Shown here: positions 11,220 to 21,396 of the stretch, one piece after another | Numbering within the stretch: position 1 is the first letter of the stretch | Layout: each line of letters opens with the position of its first letter | Source: Rhodobacter capsulatus SB 1003 | Lineage (GTDB): Bacteria > Pseudomonadota > Alphaproteobacteria > Rhodobacterales > Rhodobacteraceae | Reading direction: 5' to 3' | Assembly (NCBI RefSeq): GCF_000021865.1 | Contig: NC_014034.1 | Coordinates: 2,280,001-2,312,000 of the forward strand | Length of the DNA stretch: 32,000 nucleotides | Program-made: the position numbers and the translations under genes | The notes under the pieces: model-generated | What the model was told of the DNA's origin: nothing | What the model saw: the letters and a program-made list of their open reading frames with translations, nothing else | Database searches by the model: none

Positions 11220-12838
11220 GGCGCCACCTCCGGCGCGGTCACGGGGGCGACGGCGGGCACGACGACGGACTGCGGCGGCACCAGCGCGCGGGCGGTCTGC
11301 TGCATGTAGCCCAGCACCGGGGCGGCCTTGAGCGAGAGCAGCACCATAAGCCCGATCAGCGCCACCACCGGGGCGATTTCCAGCGCCAGCACCCGCGGCG
11401 GCGGCGCATCGGCGGCCCAGAAGCTTTGCACGCCGACCCGCACCAGACCGATCAACGTCGCCAGCCCCGCGCCCAGCAGCAGCGCCGCAAAGATCCAGTG
11501 CAGCGCAGCGCTTGCCGGGCCCGCCGCCAGAAGCCCCTGCAACATCCCGAGCTTGCCCAGAAACCCCGCCAGCGGCGGCAGCCCCGCCAGCGCCAGCGCA
11601 CAGGCGCCAAAGGACAGGCCCAGCACCGTCAGCGTGCCCGGGATCGCCAGCCCGGCCCCGGGCGCGGCCTCTTCCTCGCGCTCGTCAAGACCGTAGGCAT
11701 CGGCGGTCAGCGCCAGAAGCCCGGCAATGCCCCCCTCCTCGCGGCTCATCGGCTCGATCAGCAGGAACAGCGCGCTGGTCGCAAGGGTCGAATTGAGCAG
11801 GTAAAACAGCGCCGCCGCCAGGATCGCGCCGTCCGCCCCCGCCAGCACGACCCCCGCCGCGGTCAGGATCGTGCCCGAGGAGACCAGCACCAGATGCGCC
11901 GCGATCCGGCCCAGCCCCTGCGCCGCCAGAATGCCGATGACGCCAAAGAGGATCGTCGCCATGCCGCCCGCGATCAGCACCGGGGCGCCAAAGCCCGCCG
12001 AGGCCCCCGCCCCCGCGCCAAACAGCAGAAAGGAGAGCCGCAAGATCACATAGACGCCGACCTTGGTCATGATCGCGAAGATCGCCGCCACCGGCGCGGC
12101 GCTGGCCATATAGGCGGTGGGCAGCCAGAAGGACAAAGGCCAGATCCCGGCCTTGATTAGAAAGGCGAGCCCCATCAGCGCCGCCCCGGCCTGAAACAGC
12201 GCCCGCCGCCCCTCGGGCAGATCGGGCACAAGCCCCGCCAGCTGCGCCATGTTCAGCGTGCCGCTGGCGCCGTAGATCAGGCTGACCCCGATCAGGAACA
12301 GCGCCGATCCGGTCAGGTTGACGGCGATGTAATGCAGCCCCGCGCGCACCCGCAGCTGCCCGCCGCCATGCAGCAACAACCCGTAGGAGGCCGCCAGCAG
12401 CAGCTCGAAGAAGACGAAGAGGTTGAACAGATCGCCGGTCAGAAAGGCGCCGTTCAGCCCCATCAGCAGGAACTGGAACAGGCTGTGGAAATGCGGCCCC
12501 TGCCGGTGCCAGCCCGCCGCCGCATAGACCAGCGCGGGCAAAGCCAGCAGCCCGGTCAGCACCAGCATCAGCGCCGAAAGCCGGTCGTTCACCAAAACGA
12601 TGCCCCAGGGCGCGACCCAGTCGCCCAGCCGGTAAAGCCCCGCCTCGGCCCCGCCCGGCCCCTGCGCCTTGGCCCGCGACAAAAGCTCGAGCGCGCAGAC
12701 CAGCGTCGCGAAGGCCGAGACCAGGCTGATCGCCAGTTTCGCGCGGCGCTGCCGGTCGTCATAGATCAGCATCAAGGCCCCGGCAAAGAACGGGATCAGG
12801 ATCGGCGCGATGATCAGATGTTCGGGCGCAGGGATCAT
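11216..12838 (-). CDS. mrpD: Monovalent cation/H+ antiporter subunit D (MrpD/PhaD, NuoN/ND2-like)
   Basis: 540-aa polytopic protein with proton-pumping-subunit motifs (FLTGDLFNLFVFFELLLAASYGLL; WLPTAYMASAAPVAAIFA). Confidence 0.92.
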
Positions 12839-13182
12839 GCCTCGGGCTCCTTGCCGTCGACATGGTCATTGCCGGTCAGCCCCCGCGCCGCGATCAGCAC
12901 GACCAGAAACAGCGCCGTCGCGGCAAAGCCGATGACGATCGCCGTCAGGACCAGCGCCTGCGGCAGCGGATCGGCATAGGCGGTCGGATCGATGAACCCG
13001 CCGCGCGGCATGATCGGCGGCACCCCCACCATCAGCCGCCCCATCGCGAAGATGAACAGATTGACCGCATAGGACAAAAGGCAAAGTCCGACGATCACCT
13101 GAAACGTGCGCGGGCGCAGCAGCAGCCAGACCCCCGAGGCGGCCAGAATCCCGATCGCGGCAGAAAGAACGATTTCCATCAC
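12835..13182 (-). CDS. mrpC: Monovalent cation/H+ antiporter subunit C (MrpC/PhaC, NuoK-like)
   Basis: 115 aa, 3 TM helices. ADPLPQALVLTAIVIGFA is typical of MnhC/NuoK. Confidence 0.9.
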   Translation of the reverse strand: MMEIVLSAAIGILAASGVWLLLRPRTFQVIVGLCLLSYAVNLFIFAMGRLMVGVPPIMPRGGFIDPTAYADPLPQALVLTAIVIGFAATALFLVVLIAARGLTGNDHVDGKEPEA

Positions 13183-16067
13183 GCGGCCTCCCGTTCCTTT
13201 TGCGCGGCGCGGTCACGCTCGCGCAGGCGGGCGATGCGCAGCGACTGGTGCGCGAGCGCAATCAGCATCAGCACGGTCACCCCCAGCACCAGCGCAAAGA
13301 CCCCGGCATCGAAGATCAGCGCCGTCGCCGCCGGAACCTGCCCGATCAGCGGCAGATCGACATACCGCGCATGCGCGGTCAGGAACGGATGGCCGAAGAC
13401 AAAGGCGCCCAGCCCCGTGCCCCCCGCGATCAACAGCCCCACCCCCATCCAGCGGATCGGCAGCACGGTCAGCCGCGCCTCGACCCAGCGCAGGTCATGG
13501 CCCAGATATTGCAGCAAAATCGCGATCGACACCGTCACCCCGGCGGAAAAGCCGCCGCCCGGCAGGTCATGGCCGCGAAAGAACAGGATCGCCGCCAGCA
13601 CGATCAGCACCGGGAACATCCAGCGCATGATCACCGAGGGCACCAAAAGCGCATGCGCCAGCGTCGGATCGCGCAGCCCGGCCTCTTCCTCGGTGCGGGT
13701 GGTGCTTTCGGGCGCGGGGCGGAAGCGGCGCAGCAGCGCAAAGACGGTGATGCCGACGATCGCCAGAACGGTGATTTCGCCAAAGGTGTCGAAGGCGCGG
13801 AAATCCACCAGGATCACGTTGACGACATTGGTGCCGCCGCCCTCGTGATAGGCGTTGCGCAGGAACCAGTCGCCGACATTGGGGATCAGCGGCCAGGTCA
13901 TCATCACATGGGCGACGGCGGCCAGACCGATGCCGACGGTCCCCGCGATGACGAAATCGCGCGCCCGGCGCAGCCGTGCGGGCAAAAGCCGATCGGCGGC
14001 GATTTCCTCGCGCCGTTTCGGCAGCCAGCGCAGGCCCAGCAGCAACAGCACGGTGGTGACGATCTCGACCAGCAGCTGCGTCACCGCCAGATCGGGCGCC
14101 GACAGCCAGGCAAAGGTCAGGCAGGTCACCGCCCCCGCACCGCCAAGCAGGATCACCGCGGCGAAGCGGTGGTATTTCGCCAGCGCCGCCGCCCCCAGGG
14201 CACAGGCCGCCCCCGCCGCCCACATCGCCGCAAAGGCCGGGTTCAGCGGCACCGAAAGCGGATCTGCCGCGGGCGCCAGCACGCCCCAGAGCGGCACCGC
14301 CGCCGCCGCCAGCGCCAGAAGCACGATCAGCCGCAGCTGCGGTTGCAGCCGTTCCGTCCCGAAAAGCCGCAGCCCCAGCCGCGGCAAGGTCCAGGTCAAA
14401 AGGAACATCGTGCGCTCGAAAAGCTTCTGCGCCCGCAGCCGGTGCAAGAGCGGCGGCCCCTCGGGCCCGCGCGCGATCGCGGCGTGAAACAGCGCATGCA
14501 GCCCCACCCCCGCCACCAGCGCGACGCAGCTCATCGCGAGCGGCAGCGTCAGCCCGTGCCACAGCGCGATGTCGGTATAGGGCAGATCCGGCCCCAGCAC
14601 CGAAACCGCCGCCAGATGCAGCACCGGGCCTAGCGTCAGACCGGGCAGGATGCCGACAAGAAGACAGATCAGCACCAGCGCCTCGACCGGGCGGCGCATC
14701 AGCGCGGGCGGCTCGTGCGGGCTGCGCGGCAGGTCGGTGGCGACGGGGCCAAAGAAGACGCTGGCGATGAAACGCAGCGAATAGGCGACGGAAAAGGCCC
14801 CCGCCAGCACCGCCCAATAGGGCAGCGCATTGTCCAGCCAGCTGCCGTTGTTCCAATCCGCCGCGGCGGCAAAGAACATCTCCTTGGACAAAAAGCCGTT
14901 GAGCAGCGGCACCCCCGCCATCGCAGCCGAGGCGACGATGGCCAGGCTTGCCGTCACCGGCATCGCGTGGCGCAGCCCGCCCAGACGGCGCATGTCGCGG
15001 GTGCCGGTCTCGTGGTCGATGATCCCCGCCGCCATGAACAGCGAGGCCTTGAAGACGGCGTGATTGAGCAGATGAAAGATCGCCGCCAGAATGGCGCCAT
15101 CGCTGCCGATCCCCGCCAGCGCGGTGATCAGCCCCAGGTGGCTGATCGTCGAATAGGCCAGCAACCCCTTGAGATCATGTCGAAAGATCGCAAGGAACGC
15201 GCCCAGGACCAGGGTTGCCATGCCGGTCCCGGTGACCAGATGGAACCACAGATCGGTCTGCCCCAGCACCGGCGAGAAGCGCACGAGCAGGAACACCCCC
15301 GCCTTCACCATCGTCGCCGAATGCAGAAAGGCCGAGACCGGCGTCGGCGCCGCCATCGCGCCGGGCAGCCAGAAATGAAACGGCATCTGCGCCGATTTGG
15401 TGAAACAGCCGATCAGAAACAGCCCCAGCACCAGCGGATAAAGCGGATGCGCCCGCACCAGATCGCCCGAAGCCAGAACCCGGTCCAGATCATGGCTGCC
15501 GACGATCTGCCCCAGAAGGATCATCGCCAGCAGCAGGCACAGCCCCCCCGCCCCGGTGACGATCAGCGCCATCCGTGCCCCGTCCCGCGCCGCCTGCCCC
15601 TGATGCCAATAGCCGATCAAGAGGAAGGACAGGATCGAGGTCAGCTCCCAGAACACCACCAGCATCAGGATGTTGCCCGACAGCACCACGCCGACCATGG
15701 CCCCGGTGAAGGCCATCAGAAAGGCGTAAAACCGCGGCACCGGATCGGTTTTCGACAGGTAGTAGCGCGCATAGATCAGCACCAGACTGCCGATGCCGAA
15801 GATCAGCGAGACGAAGAGCCAGACGAAACCGTCCATGCGGAAGCTCAGATCCAGCCCGAGCGCGGGCACCCAGCCGATCTGGCCGCGCACCACCTGCCCC
15901 GCGCCGATCGCCCCGTGCAACAGCGCCAGCACGACGCCCCCCGCCGCCAGAAACAGCCCCGACACCCAGGCCGCCGCGTCATGCGCGCGCGGCGACATCG
16001 TGCTTGTCGCCAAAGCCGCCGCAAAGGGCAGCGCCACAAGGATCAGCAGCAGGTTCTCTTCGATCAT
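13179..16067 (-). CDS. mrpA: Fused MrpA/MrpB (PhaAB-type) antiporter subunit
   Basis: ORF 13179..16196 trimmed to the ATG at 16067 (MIEENLLLILVALPF). 962 aa: a NuoL/ND5-like N-terminal part (WELTSILSFLLIGYWH; HSATMVKAGVFLL) plus a C-terminal MrpB-like extension (GGGFSAGV motif). Confidence 0.9.
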   Translation of the reverse strand: MIEENLLLILVALPFAAALATSTMSPRAHDAAAWVSGLFLAAGGVVLALLHGAIGAGQVVRGQIGWVPALGLDLSFRMDGFVWLFVSLIFGIGSLVLIYARYYLSKTDPVPRFYAFLMAFTGAMVGVVLSGNILMLVVFWELTSILSFLLIGYWHQGQAARDGARMALIVTGAGGLCLLLAMILLGQIVGSHDLDRVLASGDLVRAHPLYPLVLGLFLIGCFTKSAQMPFHFWLPGAMAAPTPVSAFLHSATMVKAGVFLLVRFSPVLGQTDLWFHLVTGTGMATLVLGAFLAIFRHDLKGLLAYSTISHLGLITALAGIGSDGAILAAIFHLLNHAVFKASLFMAAGIIDHETGTRDMRRLGGLRHAMPVTASLAIVASAAMAGVPLLNGFLSKEMFFAAAADWNNGSWLDNALPYWAVLAGAFSVAYSLRFIASVFFGPVATDLPRSPHEPPALMRRPVEALVLICLLVGILPGLTLGPVLHLAAVSVLGPDLPYTDIALWHGLTLPLAMSCVALVAGVGLHALFHAAIARGPEGPPLLHRLRAQKLFERTMFLLTWTLPRLGLRLFGTERLQPQLRLIVLLALAAAAVPLWGVLAPAADPLSVPLNPAFAAMWAAGAACALGAAALAKYHRFAAVILLGGAGAVTCLTFAWLSAPDLAVTQLLVEIVTTVLLLLGLRWLPKRREEIAADRLLPARLRRARDFVIAGTVGIGLAAVAHVMMTWPLIPNVGDWFLRNAYHEGGGTNVVNVILVDFRAFDTFGEITVLAIVGITVFALLRRFRPAPESTTRTEEEAGLRDPTLAHALLVPSVIMRWMFPVLIVLAAILFFRGHDLPGGGFSAGVTVSIAILLQYLGHDLRWVEARLTVLPIRWMGVGLLIAGGTGLGAFVFGHPFLTAHARYVDLPLIGQVPAATALIFDAGVFALVLGVTVLMLIALAHQSLRIARLRERDRAAQKEREAA

Positions 16068-16191
16068 GCGCCCGCAGCTGTCCTTTCCGGGTTTGAAATC
16101 ATGGAGGAGCCCGTCGCGACACCGGCCCCGGCGGTCCGCGCAAGCAGGCTGCCGCGGGGCCGGGCCCCGGACGTTGGCAGGGCATATCTGT

Positions 16192-16221
16192 CTCATAAAG
16201 GGGTTGTTTACGCCATTTCAA
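16192..16221 (-). promoter_or_regulatory. Candidate sigma70-type promoter of the mrp/pha operon
   Basis: On the minus strand: TTGAAA-N18-TATGAG, in the only AT-rich patch of the divergent mrpA/sbcD spacer. This would give a 5' UTR of ~120 nt containing a GC-rich imperfect hairpin. Confidence 0.3.
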
Positions 16222-16363
16222 GACGATGCCTTGCGTTTTTGCCCCGCGGCCCGCGCGGTCGTTTCGGGTGGCCCTTGGCGGCGGCGCGGTCTAATCTGGC
16301 GCCGTTCCGGCCCGCCTGCCCCCTCCAACCCACCCCGTTCCCGACCGCAACCGCGAAAGCCCC

Positions 16364-17581
16364 ATGCGCATCCTGCACACCGCCGACTGGCATATCGGAC
16401 AGACCCTGAACGGCTGGTCGCGCGAGGCCGAGCACCGCGCCTTCCTGGCCGATCTGGGCGAAATCCTGCTGGCGGAACAGGTGGATGCGCTGCTGGTGGC
16501 GGGGGATGTGTTTGACGGGCTCAACCCCTCGGGCGAGGCGCAGCGGCTGCTTTACGCGGCGCTGGCGGGCTATGTCCGGGCCAATCCGCGGCTGCAGATC
16601 GTGCTGACATCGGGCAATCACGACCCGGCGCAGCGGCTGGAAGCCCCCGAGGCGGTGCTGCGCGAGCTGGGCGTGCATGTCCTTGGCACGCTGAGCCGCG
16701 GCCCCGGGGGGATGGATCTTGACCGCCATCTGATCCCGCTGCGCGACCGGGCCGGGCAGATCCGCGCGCAGGTTCTGGCGCTGCCCTTCCTGCGTCAGGC
16801 CGATCTGCCGGGGCTGCGCCTGGGCGCCGAGGAGGGGACCGAGGGCGCCGTCACCGCCGCGCTGCGGGCGCTGCTGGCCGAGACGGTCGCGCGCGCCGCA
16901 GCGATCGCGGGCACGCTGCCGCTGATCGCGATGGCGCATCTGACCTGCGCGGGCGGGCTGGAAAGCGCGGGCGCCGAGCGGCGCATCCTGATCGGCGGCG
17001 ATCATGCCGTGCCCCCCGATGTCTTTCCCCCCGCGCTGGCCCATGTCGCGCTCGGTCACCTGCACAGGCCGCAATCGCTCGACGGCGGGCGGGTGCGCTA
17101 TTCCGGCGCGCCCTTTCCGCTTTCGGCCAGCGAGATCGGCTATGACCACGGCGTCACGCTGCTTGATCTGGCAGGCGGCGCCGCGCCGCGCCATATCCCG
17201 CTGCCGCGTCCGGTGCCGATGCTGCGCCTGCCCGCGCAGGGAACCGCCCCCCTGCCCGAGATCCTCGCCGCGCTCGACCGGCTCGCCCTGCCCGACCGCC
17301 CCCGCGCCGAGGGCCCCTTCCTCTATCTCGCGCTGCGGGCCGACCGCCCGGTGACCGAGATCACCGCGGCCCTTGATGCCGCGCTCGAGGCGTTGCCCCT
17401 GCGGCTGGCCGGGCTGACGATCACCCGCCCCGAAACCGCCCGCCCCGCGGCCGCCCCGCCGCAGGATCTGACCCGGACCACGCCCGAGGCGCTGTTTGCC
17501 GCGGCCTTTCGCGATCTGCACGGCACCGAGCCCGAGACCCGCCATCTGAGCGCCTTCCGCGACGCGCTGTCCGAGGTCTGA
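16364..17581 (+). CDS. sbcD: Exonuclease SbcD (Mre11-type nuclease subunit)
   Basis: MRILHTADWHIG, VAGDVFD, TSGNHD, AMAHL and ALGHLH: the calcineurin-like phosphoesterase motifs I-V of SbcD/Mre11. Confidence 0.93.
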   Translation: MRILHTADWHIGQTLNGWSREAEHRAFLADLGEILLAEQVDALLVAGDVFDGLNPSGEAQRLLYAALAGYVRANPRLQIVLTSGNHDPAQRLEAPEAVLRELGVHVLGTLSRGPGGMDLDRHLIPLRDRAGQIRAQVLALPFLRQADLPGLRLGAEEGTEGAVTAALRALLAETVARAAAIAGTLPLIAMAHLTCAGGLESAGAERRILIGGDHAVPPDVFPPALAHVALGHLHRPQSLDGGRVRYSGAPFPLSASEIGYDHGVTLLDLAGGAAPRHIPLPRPVPMLRLPAQGTAPLPEILAALDRLALPDRPRAEGPFLYLALRADRPVTEITAALDAALEALPLRLAGLTITRPETARPAAAPPQDLTRTTPEALFAAAFRDLHGTEPETRHLSAFRDALSEV

Positions 17582-17585
17582 GCCC

Positions 17586-20500
17586 ATGCGCATCCTGTCG
17601 ATTTCCGGGCAGAACATCGCCAGCCTCGCGGCGCCCTTCCGCATCGATTTCACCACCGCGCCGCTGGCGGGCGCGGGGCTTTTCGCGATCACCGGGGAAA
17701 CCGGGGCGGGCAAATCCTCGATCCTCGATGCAATGTGCCTCGCGCTTTACGGCGATGCGCCGCGGCTTTCGGCGGGGGCGCGGTCCGACAAGGTGCCCGA
17801 TGCCGCGGGCGAGGAGATCAGCGCCGCCGACAGCCGCGCGATCTTGCGGCGGGGCGCGGCGACGGGCTGGGCCGAGGTGCGGTTCGCCGGCCGCGACGGG
17901 CTCGAGTATATCGCGCGCTGGCAGGCGCGGCGGGCCCGCGACAAGGTCGAGGGCAAGCTGCAAACGGTGGCGCGCAGCCTGGCCCGGGCCGAGGACGGGC
18001 AGGTTCTGGCGGCGCAGACCCAGGCGGTCAGCGAACAGGTCGCGGCGCTGACCGGCCTGTCCTACGAGGAATTCCGCCGCACCGTCCTTCTGGCGCAGGG
18101 CGATTTCGACGCCTTCTTGCGCGCCGACACCGGGGAACGCGCGACGCTTCTGGAAAAGGTCACCGGAACAGGGCTTTACCGGGCGGTCTCGATCCGGGTC
18201 TATGAACGCACCGAGATGGCCCGGGCGGAACATGCGCAGCTTCTGGCCCGCGCGGCCGAGCATCGGCTGCTGGACGACGCGGCCCGCGCGGCGCTGACCG
18301 AAGAGATCGCCGCCCGGACCGCGGCGACGGCGGCGGCAACGGCGGAACGGGCCGGGCTGAGCGAGGCGCTGGCGCGGCACCGCCGCCATGCAGAGGCGGT
18401 CCGGCAGGTGCAGGCCGCCGCCGCCGCGCTGGCCGGGGCCGAGGCGCTCCAGGCCGAAGCGGGTCCGGCCCGAGCGCAGCTTGACCGGCTGGAGCGGGCG
18501 GCGCCGCTGCATCTGCCCTGGCAAGCCGCCGCCGAGGCCCGCGCCCGTCTGGACGCGGCCCGAAGCGGCGCCGAAGCGGCCGCGGCTTCCCGCAGCCTGG
18601 CAGCGCAGGCGCTTGCGACACGCGCAGATGCCGCCGCCCGGGCGACGGCGGCGGGGACGGAAACGGAAGAGGCCTTCAAGGCCTTCGGCCGGATCTGGGA
18701 CCGCGCCGCCGCGCTGGATGCGCAGATCGCGACTGCGGCGACCGAGGCGGAAGCCGCCCGGACCCGCGCCGCCGAGACCGCGCGCGCCGCCGCCGGGATC
18801 CGCCGTGCCGAAGCCGATCTGGCCGCGGCCGAGACCCGAGCGCAGCAGGCGCGTCAGGCCGCCGAGGCGCGGCTGGCAGAGCTTGCCGCGCAGGCGCCGC
18901 TTGCCGATGACTGGCCGCAGCTGCGCCGCGATCTGGCCGATCATCGCGCGGCCTGCGCGGCGCAAGCCGCGGCCGCGACCGCGGCACAGGCGGCGCAGGA
19001 CCGGGCGCAGGCGCTGGCGCAGGAGGCCCGCGCAGCCGCCGCGGCCGAGGCCCGTGATCAGGCCGCCGACAGCGCCCTGGCGAAAGCGGCGGCGGCGCTG
19101 CAGCAGGCGCTTGCGCCGCTTGAAGCCGCGCATCCCCCCGCCCGGACCGCCGATCTGGCGCGGATCGAAACCGATCTGGCCGAGCTGACCCGGGCGCTGC
19201 GCGATGGCGCCGAAGCCGCGGCTCTGGGCGCGGCGGCGCAGCGGGCGGCCACCGCGGCCGCCACGGAGGCCGCCTTGGCACGGGCGCAGGAAAGCGCTGC
19301 CAAACAAGACCTTGACCGCGCCGAGACGCAGATCGCCGCGCTGACGGCGCCGCTTGAACAGGCCGATCTGGCGCTTTCCGACGCCGCCCGCAGCCTGCGG
19401 GCGCAGCTGAGCGCGGGCAGCCCCTGCCCGGTCTGCGGCGCGCTTGAGCATCCGACCCCGGCCGAGGCGGGGCTGGCGCATCTGGCCGAGCGGCTGCGCG
19501 CCGATCAAGCCGCCGCCCGCGGCGCGGCACAGGCGGCGCGCGACGCGCTGACCGCCGCGCAGGGCGCCCGCGCGACGGCCGAGGCCCGCGGCACACAGGC
19601 GGCCGAGGATCAGCGCCGCGCCCAAACCCGCGCCGAAGCCGCCCGCGCGGCCTGGGGCGACACACAGCCGCGCGTCTCGGCCCGGCCGCTGGCCCCCGCG
19701 CTGCCCGGGACCCCGGACCCGACCGCCCTTGCCGCGGCGCAGGACCGGCTTTGCGCCCTGCAAACCGCCGAAGCCGCCGCTCAGGCCGAGATTTCGGCGC
19801 TGCGCACCCGCCTGACCGAGGCCGAGCGCGACCGCGAGCGCCTGCGCCGCGCGCTTTTGGCGCATCGCGGCACGCGCGAGCGGCTGGCCGTGCAGCAGGC
19901 CGAAACCGCGCAGGAGGCAGCCCTGGCCGAGGCCCGCCGGACCGAGGCCGCGGCCCGGCGCGACGGGCTGGCGCTGGCGCTGGCCCCGGCGCTGGCACGG
20001 GCGGGCGAAGACGACCCGGCCGCGCCCGGGCTGGCCGAACGGCTTGCCGCGACGGTCTCGGCGGTCGGGGCGGCGCGGACGGGGCTGCAGGCGGCGCAGG
20101 AGGCGCTGAGCGCGCTGGCCCCGCAACTGGCCGCGGCGCGACGGGACAGCGAGACGGCGACGGCGCAGGCCCAAAGCGCGGCGCAGGCGGCGCGGGACCG
20201 GGACGGCGCATGGGCGGCGCTGCGCGCCGAACGGGCGCCGCTTCTGGACGGGCAGCCCACCGCCCTGCATCGCAGCCGCTTCAACGACCAGCGGCTGGCG
20301 GCGCAACGGGCGCAACAGGCCGCCGCCGCCGATCTGGCCACGGCGCAGGCGGCGCTGGCCGCGGCCGAAGCCCGCGCGGCGGAAACCGCCCGCGCGGCCT
20401 CCGAGGCCGCCACCGCGCAGCGCGCGGCCGAAGCCGACCTTGCCGCCGCGCTGGAGGCCGCCGCGATGAGCGCGGCAGAGCTTGCGGCGCTCATCGCCCT

Positions 20501-21302
20501 GCCGCCCGGCACGGCCGAGCGCCTGCGGGCCGATCTGCGCGGGCGTGACGATGCGGTGACGGCGGCGCGCTCGGCCCTTGGCGCGCGCAAGACCGACCTG
20601 CAAGAGATTGAGGATCAAGGAAATCCCGCCGAAGACCCCGAAGCGCTTTCGGCCCGTCTTGCGGCGCTCGAGGCCGAGGCCGAGCGCCGCGCGCAAGAGA
20701 TCGGGCAGCTCTCGGCCGAGCTTGCGCGCGATGCGGCGACGCGGGCGGCGCTGGCCGGTCTGGCTGTGGAAACCGAAGCCGCGCGGGCCGAGCTGGAGGT
20801 CTGGGAGGCGGTGAACAAGGCGATCGGCGCGCGCTCGGGCGACCGCTTTGCGCGGATCGCGCAGGCGATCACGCTCGATGTGCTGGTCGAACATGCCAAC
20901 CGCCATCTGGCCGATCTGAACCCGCGCTACCGGCTGCGCCGCGCCGCCGAACTGAGCCTGCAAGTCGAGGACCGCGACATGGGCGACACCGCCCGCGCCA
21001 CCCGCAGCCTCTCGGGCGGGGAGCGATTTCTGGTCTCGCTGGCGCTGGCGCTGGCACTCTCGCAGATGGGCGGCAAGGGCACTTTCGCGGGCACCCTTTT
21101 CATCGACGAGGGCTTTGGCGCGCTGGATGCGGGCAGCCTTGATCTGGCGATCGACGCGCTCGAGACGCTGCAATCGCAGGGGCGGCAGGTCGGGGTGATC
21201 AGCCATGTCGAGGCGATGCAGGCCCGCATCGCCACCCGCATCGCCGTGCGCAAGGAGGGCGGCGGCCGGTCGAGCCTGCGCGTCGAAGGGCCCGGGGTCT
21301 GA
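17586..21302 (+). CDS. sbcC: Exonuclease SbcC (Rad50-type SMC-like ATPase)
   Basis: Walker A GETGAGKSSILDA at the N-terminus. A very long Ala/Glu/Arg-rich coiled coil with a central zinc hook, CPVCGALEHP. C-terminal signature LSGGERFLVSLALALAL and Walker B LFIDEGFGALD. The start lies 4 nt after the sbcD stop. Confidence 0.93.
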   Translation: MRILSISGQNIASLAAPFRIDFTTAPLAGAGLFAITGETGAGKSSILDAMCLALYGDAPRLSAGARSDKVPDAAGEEISAADSRAILRRGAATGWAEVRFAGRDGLEYIARWQARRARDKVEGKLQTVARSLARAEDGQVLAAQTQAVSEQVAALTGLSYEEFRRTVLLAQGDFDAFLRADTGERATLLEKVTGTGLYRAVSIRVYERTEMARAEHAQLLARAAEHRLLDDAARAALTEEIAARTAATAAATAERAGLSEALARHRRHAEAVRQVQAAAAALAGAEALQAEAGPARAQLDRLERAAPLHLPWQAAAEARARLDAARSGAEAAAASRSLAAQALATRADAAARATAAGTETEEAFKAFGRIWDRAAALDAQIATAATEAEAARTRAAETARAAAGIRRAEADLAAAETRAQQARQAAEARLAELAAQAPLADDWPQLRRDLADHRAACAAQAAAATAAQAAQDRAQALAQEARAAAAAEARDQAADSALAKAAAALQQALAPLEAAHPPARTADLARIETDLAELTRALRDGAEAAALGAAAQRAATAAATEAALARAQESAAKQDLDRAETQIAALTAPLEQADLALSDAARSLRAQLSAGSPCPVCGALEHPTPAEAGLAHLAERLRADQAAARGAAQAARDALTAAQGARATAEARGTQAAEDQRRAQTRAEAARAAWGDTQPRVSARPLAPALPGTPDPTALAAAQDRLCALQTAEAAAQAEISALRTRLTEAERDRERLRRALLAHRGTRERLAVQQAETAQEAALAEARRTEAAARRDGLALALAPALARAGEDDPAAPGLAERLAATVSAVGAARTGLQAAQEALSALAPQLAAARRDSETATAQAQSAAQAARDRDGAWAALRAERAPLLDGQPTALHRSRFNDQRLAAQRAQQAAAADLATAQAALAAAEARAAETARAASEAATAQRAAEADLAAALEAAAMSAAELAALIALPPGTAERLRADLRGRDDAVTAARSALGARKTDLQEIEDQGNPAEDPEALSARLAALEAEAERRAQEIGQLSAELARDAATRAALAGLAVETEAARAELEVWEAVNKAIGARSGDRFARIAQAITLDVLVEHANRHLADLNPRYRLRRAAELSLQVEDRDMGDTARATRSLSGGERFLVSLALALALSQMGGKGTFAGTLFIDEGFGALDAGSLDLAIDALETLQSQGRQVGVISHVEAMQARIATRIAVRKEGGGRSSLRVEGPGV

Positions 21303-21396
21303 CGCTTTTTTCCGCCGATGCGTCGGCGCCGAAACGCGGGCGGCGGCGGCGGCATGCAAGGATCGGCCAAGCCGCGCAGCAAGGAAGGAACCCGCC

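Noticed and set aside
16364-21302. SbcD/SbcC considered as a possible anti-phage or novel SMC-type defence module (Wadjet/Lamassu/Gabija-like).
   Set aside because: This is a canonical two-gene SbcCD: Mre11-type phosphoesterase motifs, a Rad50-type ATPase with a CxxC zinc hook, and no accessory kleisin, KicA or Toprim partners. It looks like a housekeeping hairpin/DSB-processing nuclease. I also found no alphaproteobacterial LexA-type GTTC-N7-GTTC box upstream.
21303-21396. ZTP (pfl) or other folate/purine riboswitch in front of folD.
   Set aside because: The leader is only 94 nt, and I could not find the ZTP core elements (GGGUCGUGAC.../CCGCCUGGGCA-like pseudoknot partners). It contains only a small GCCGA-tgcg-TCGGC hairpin.
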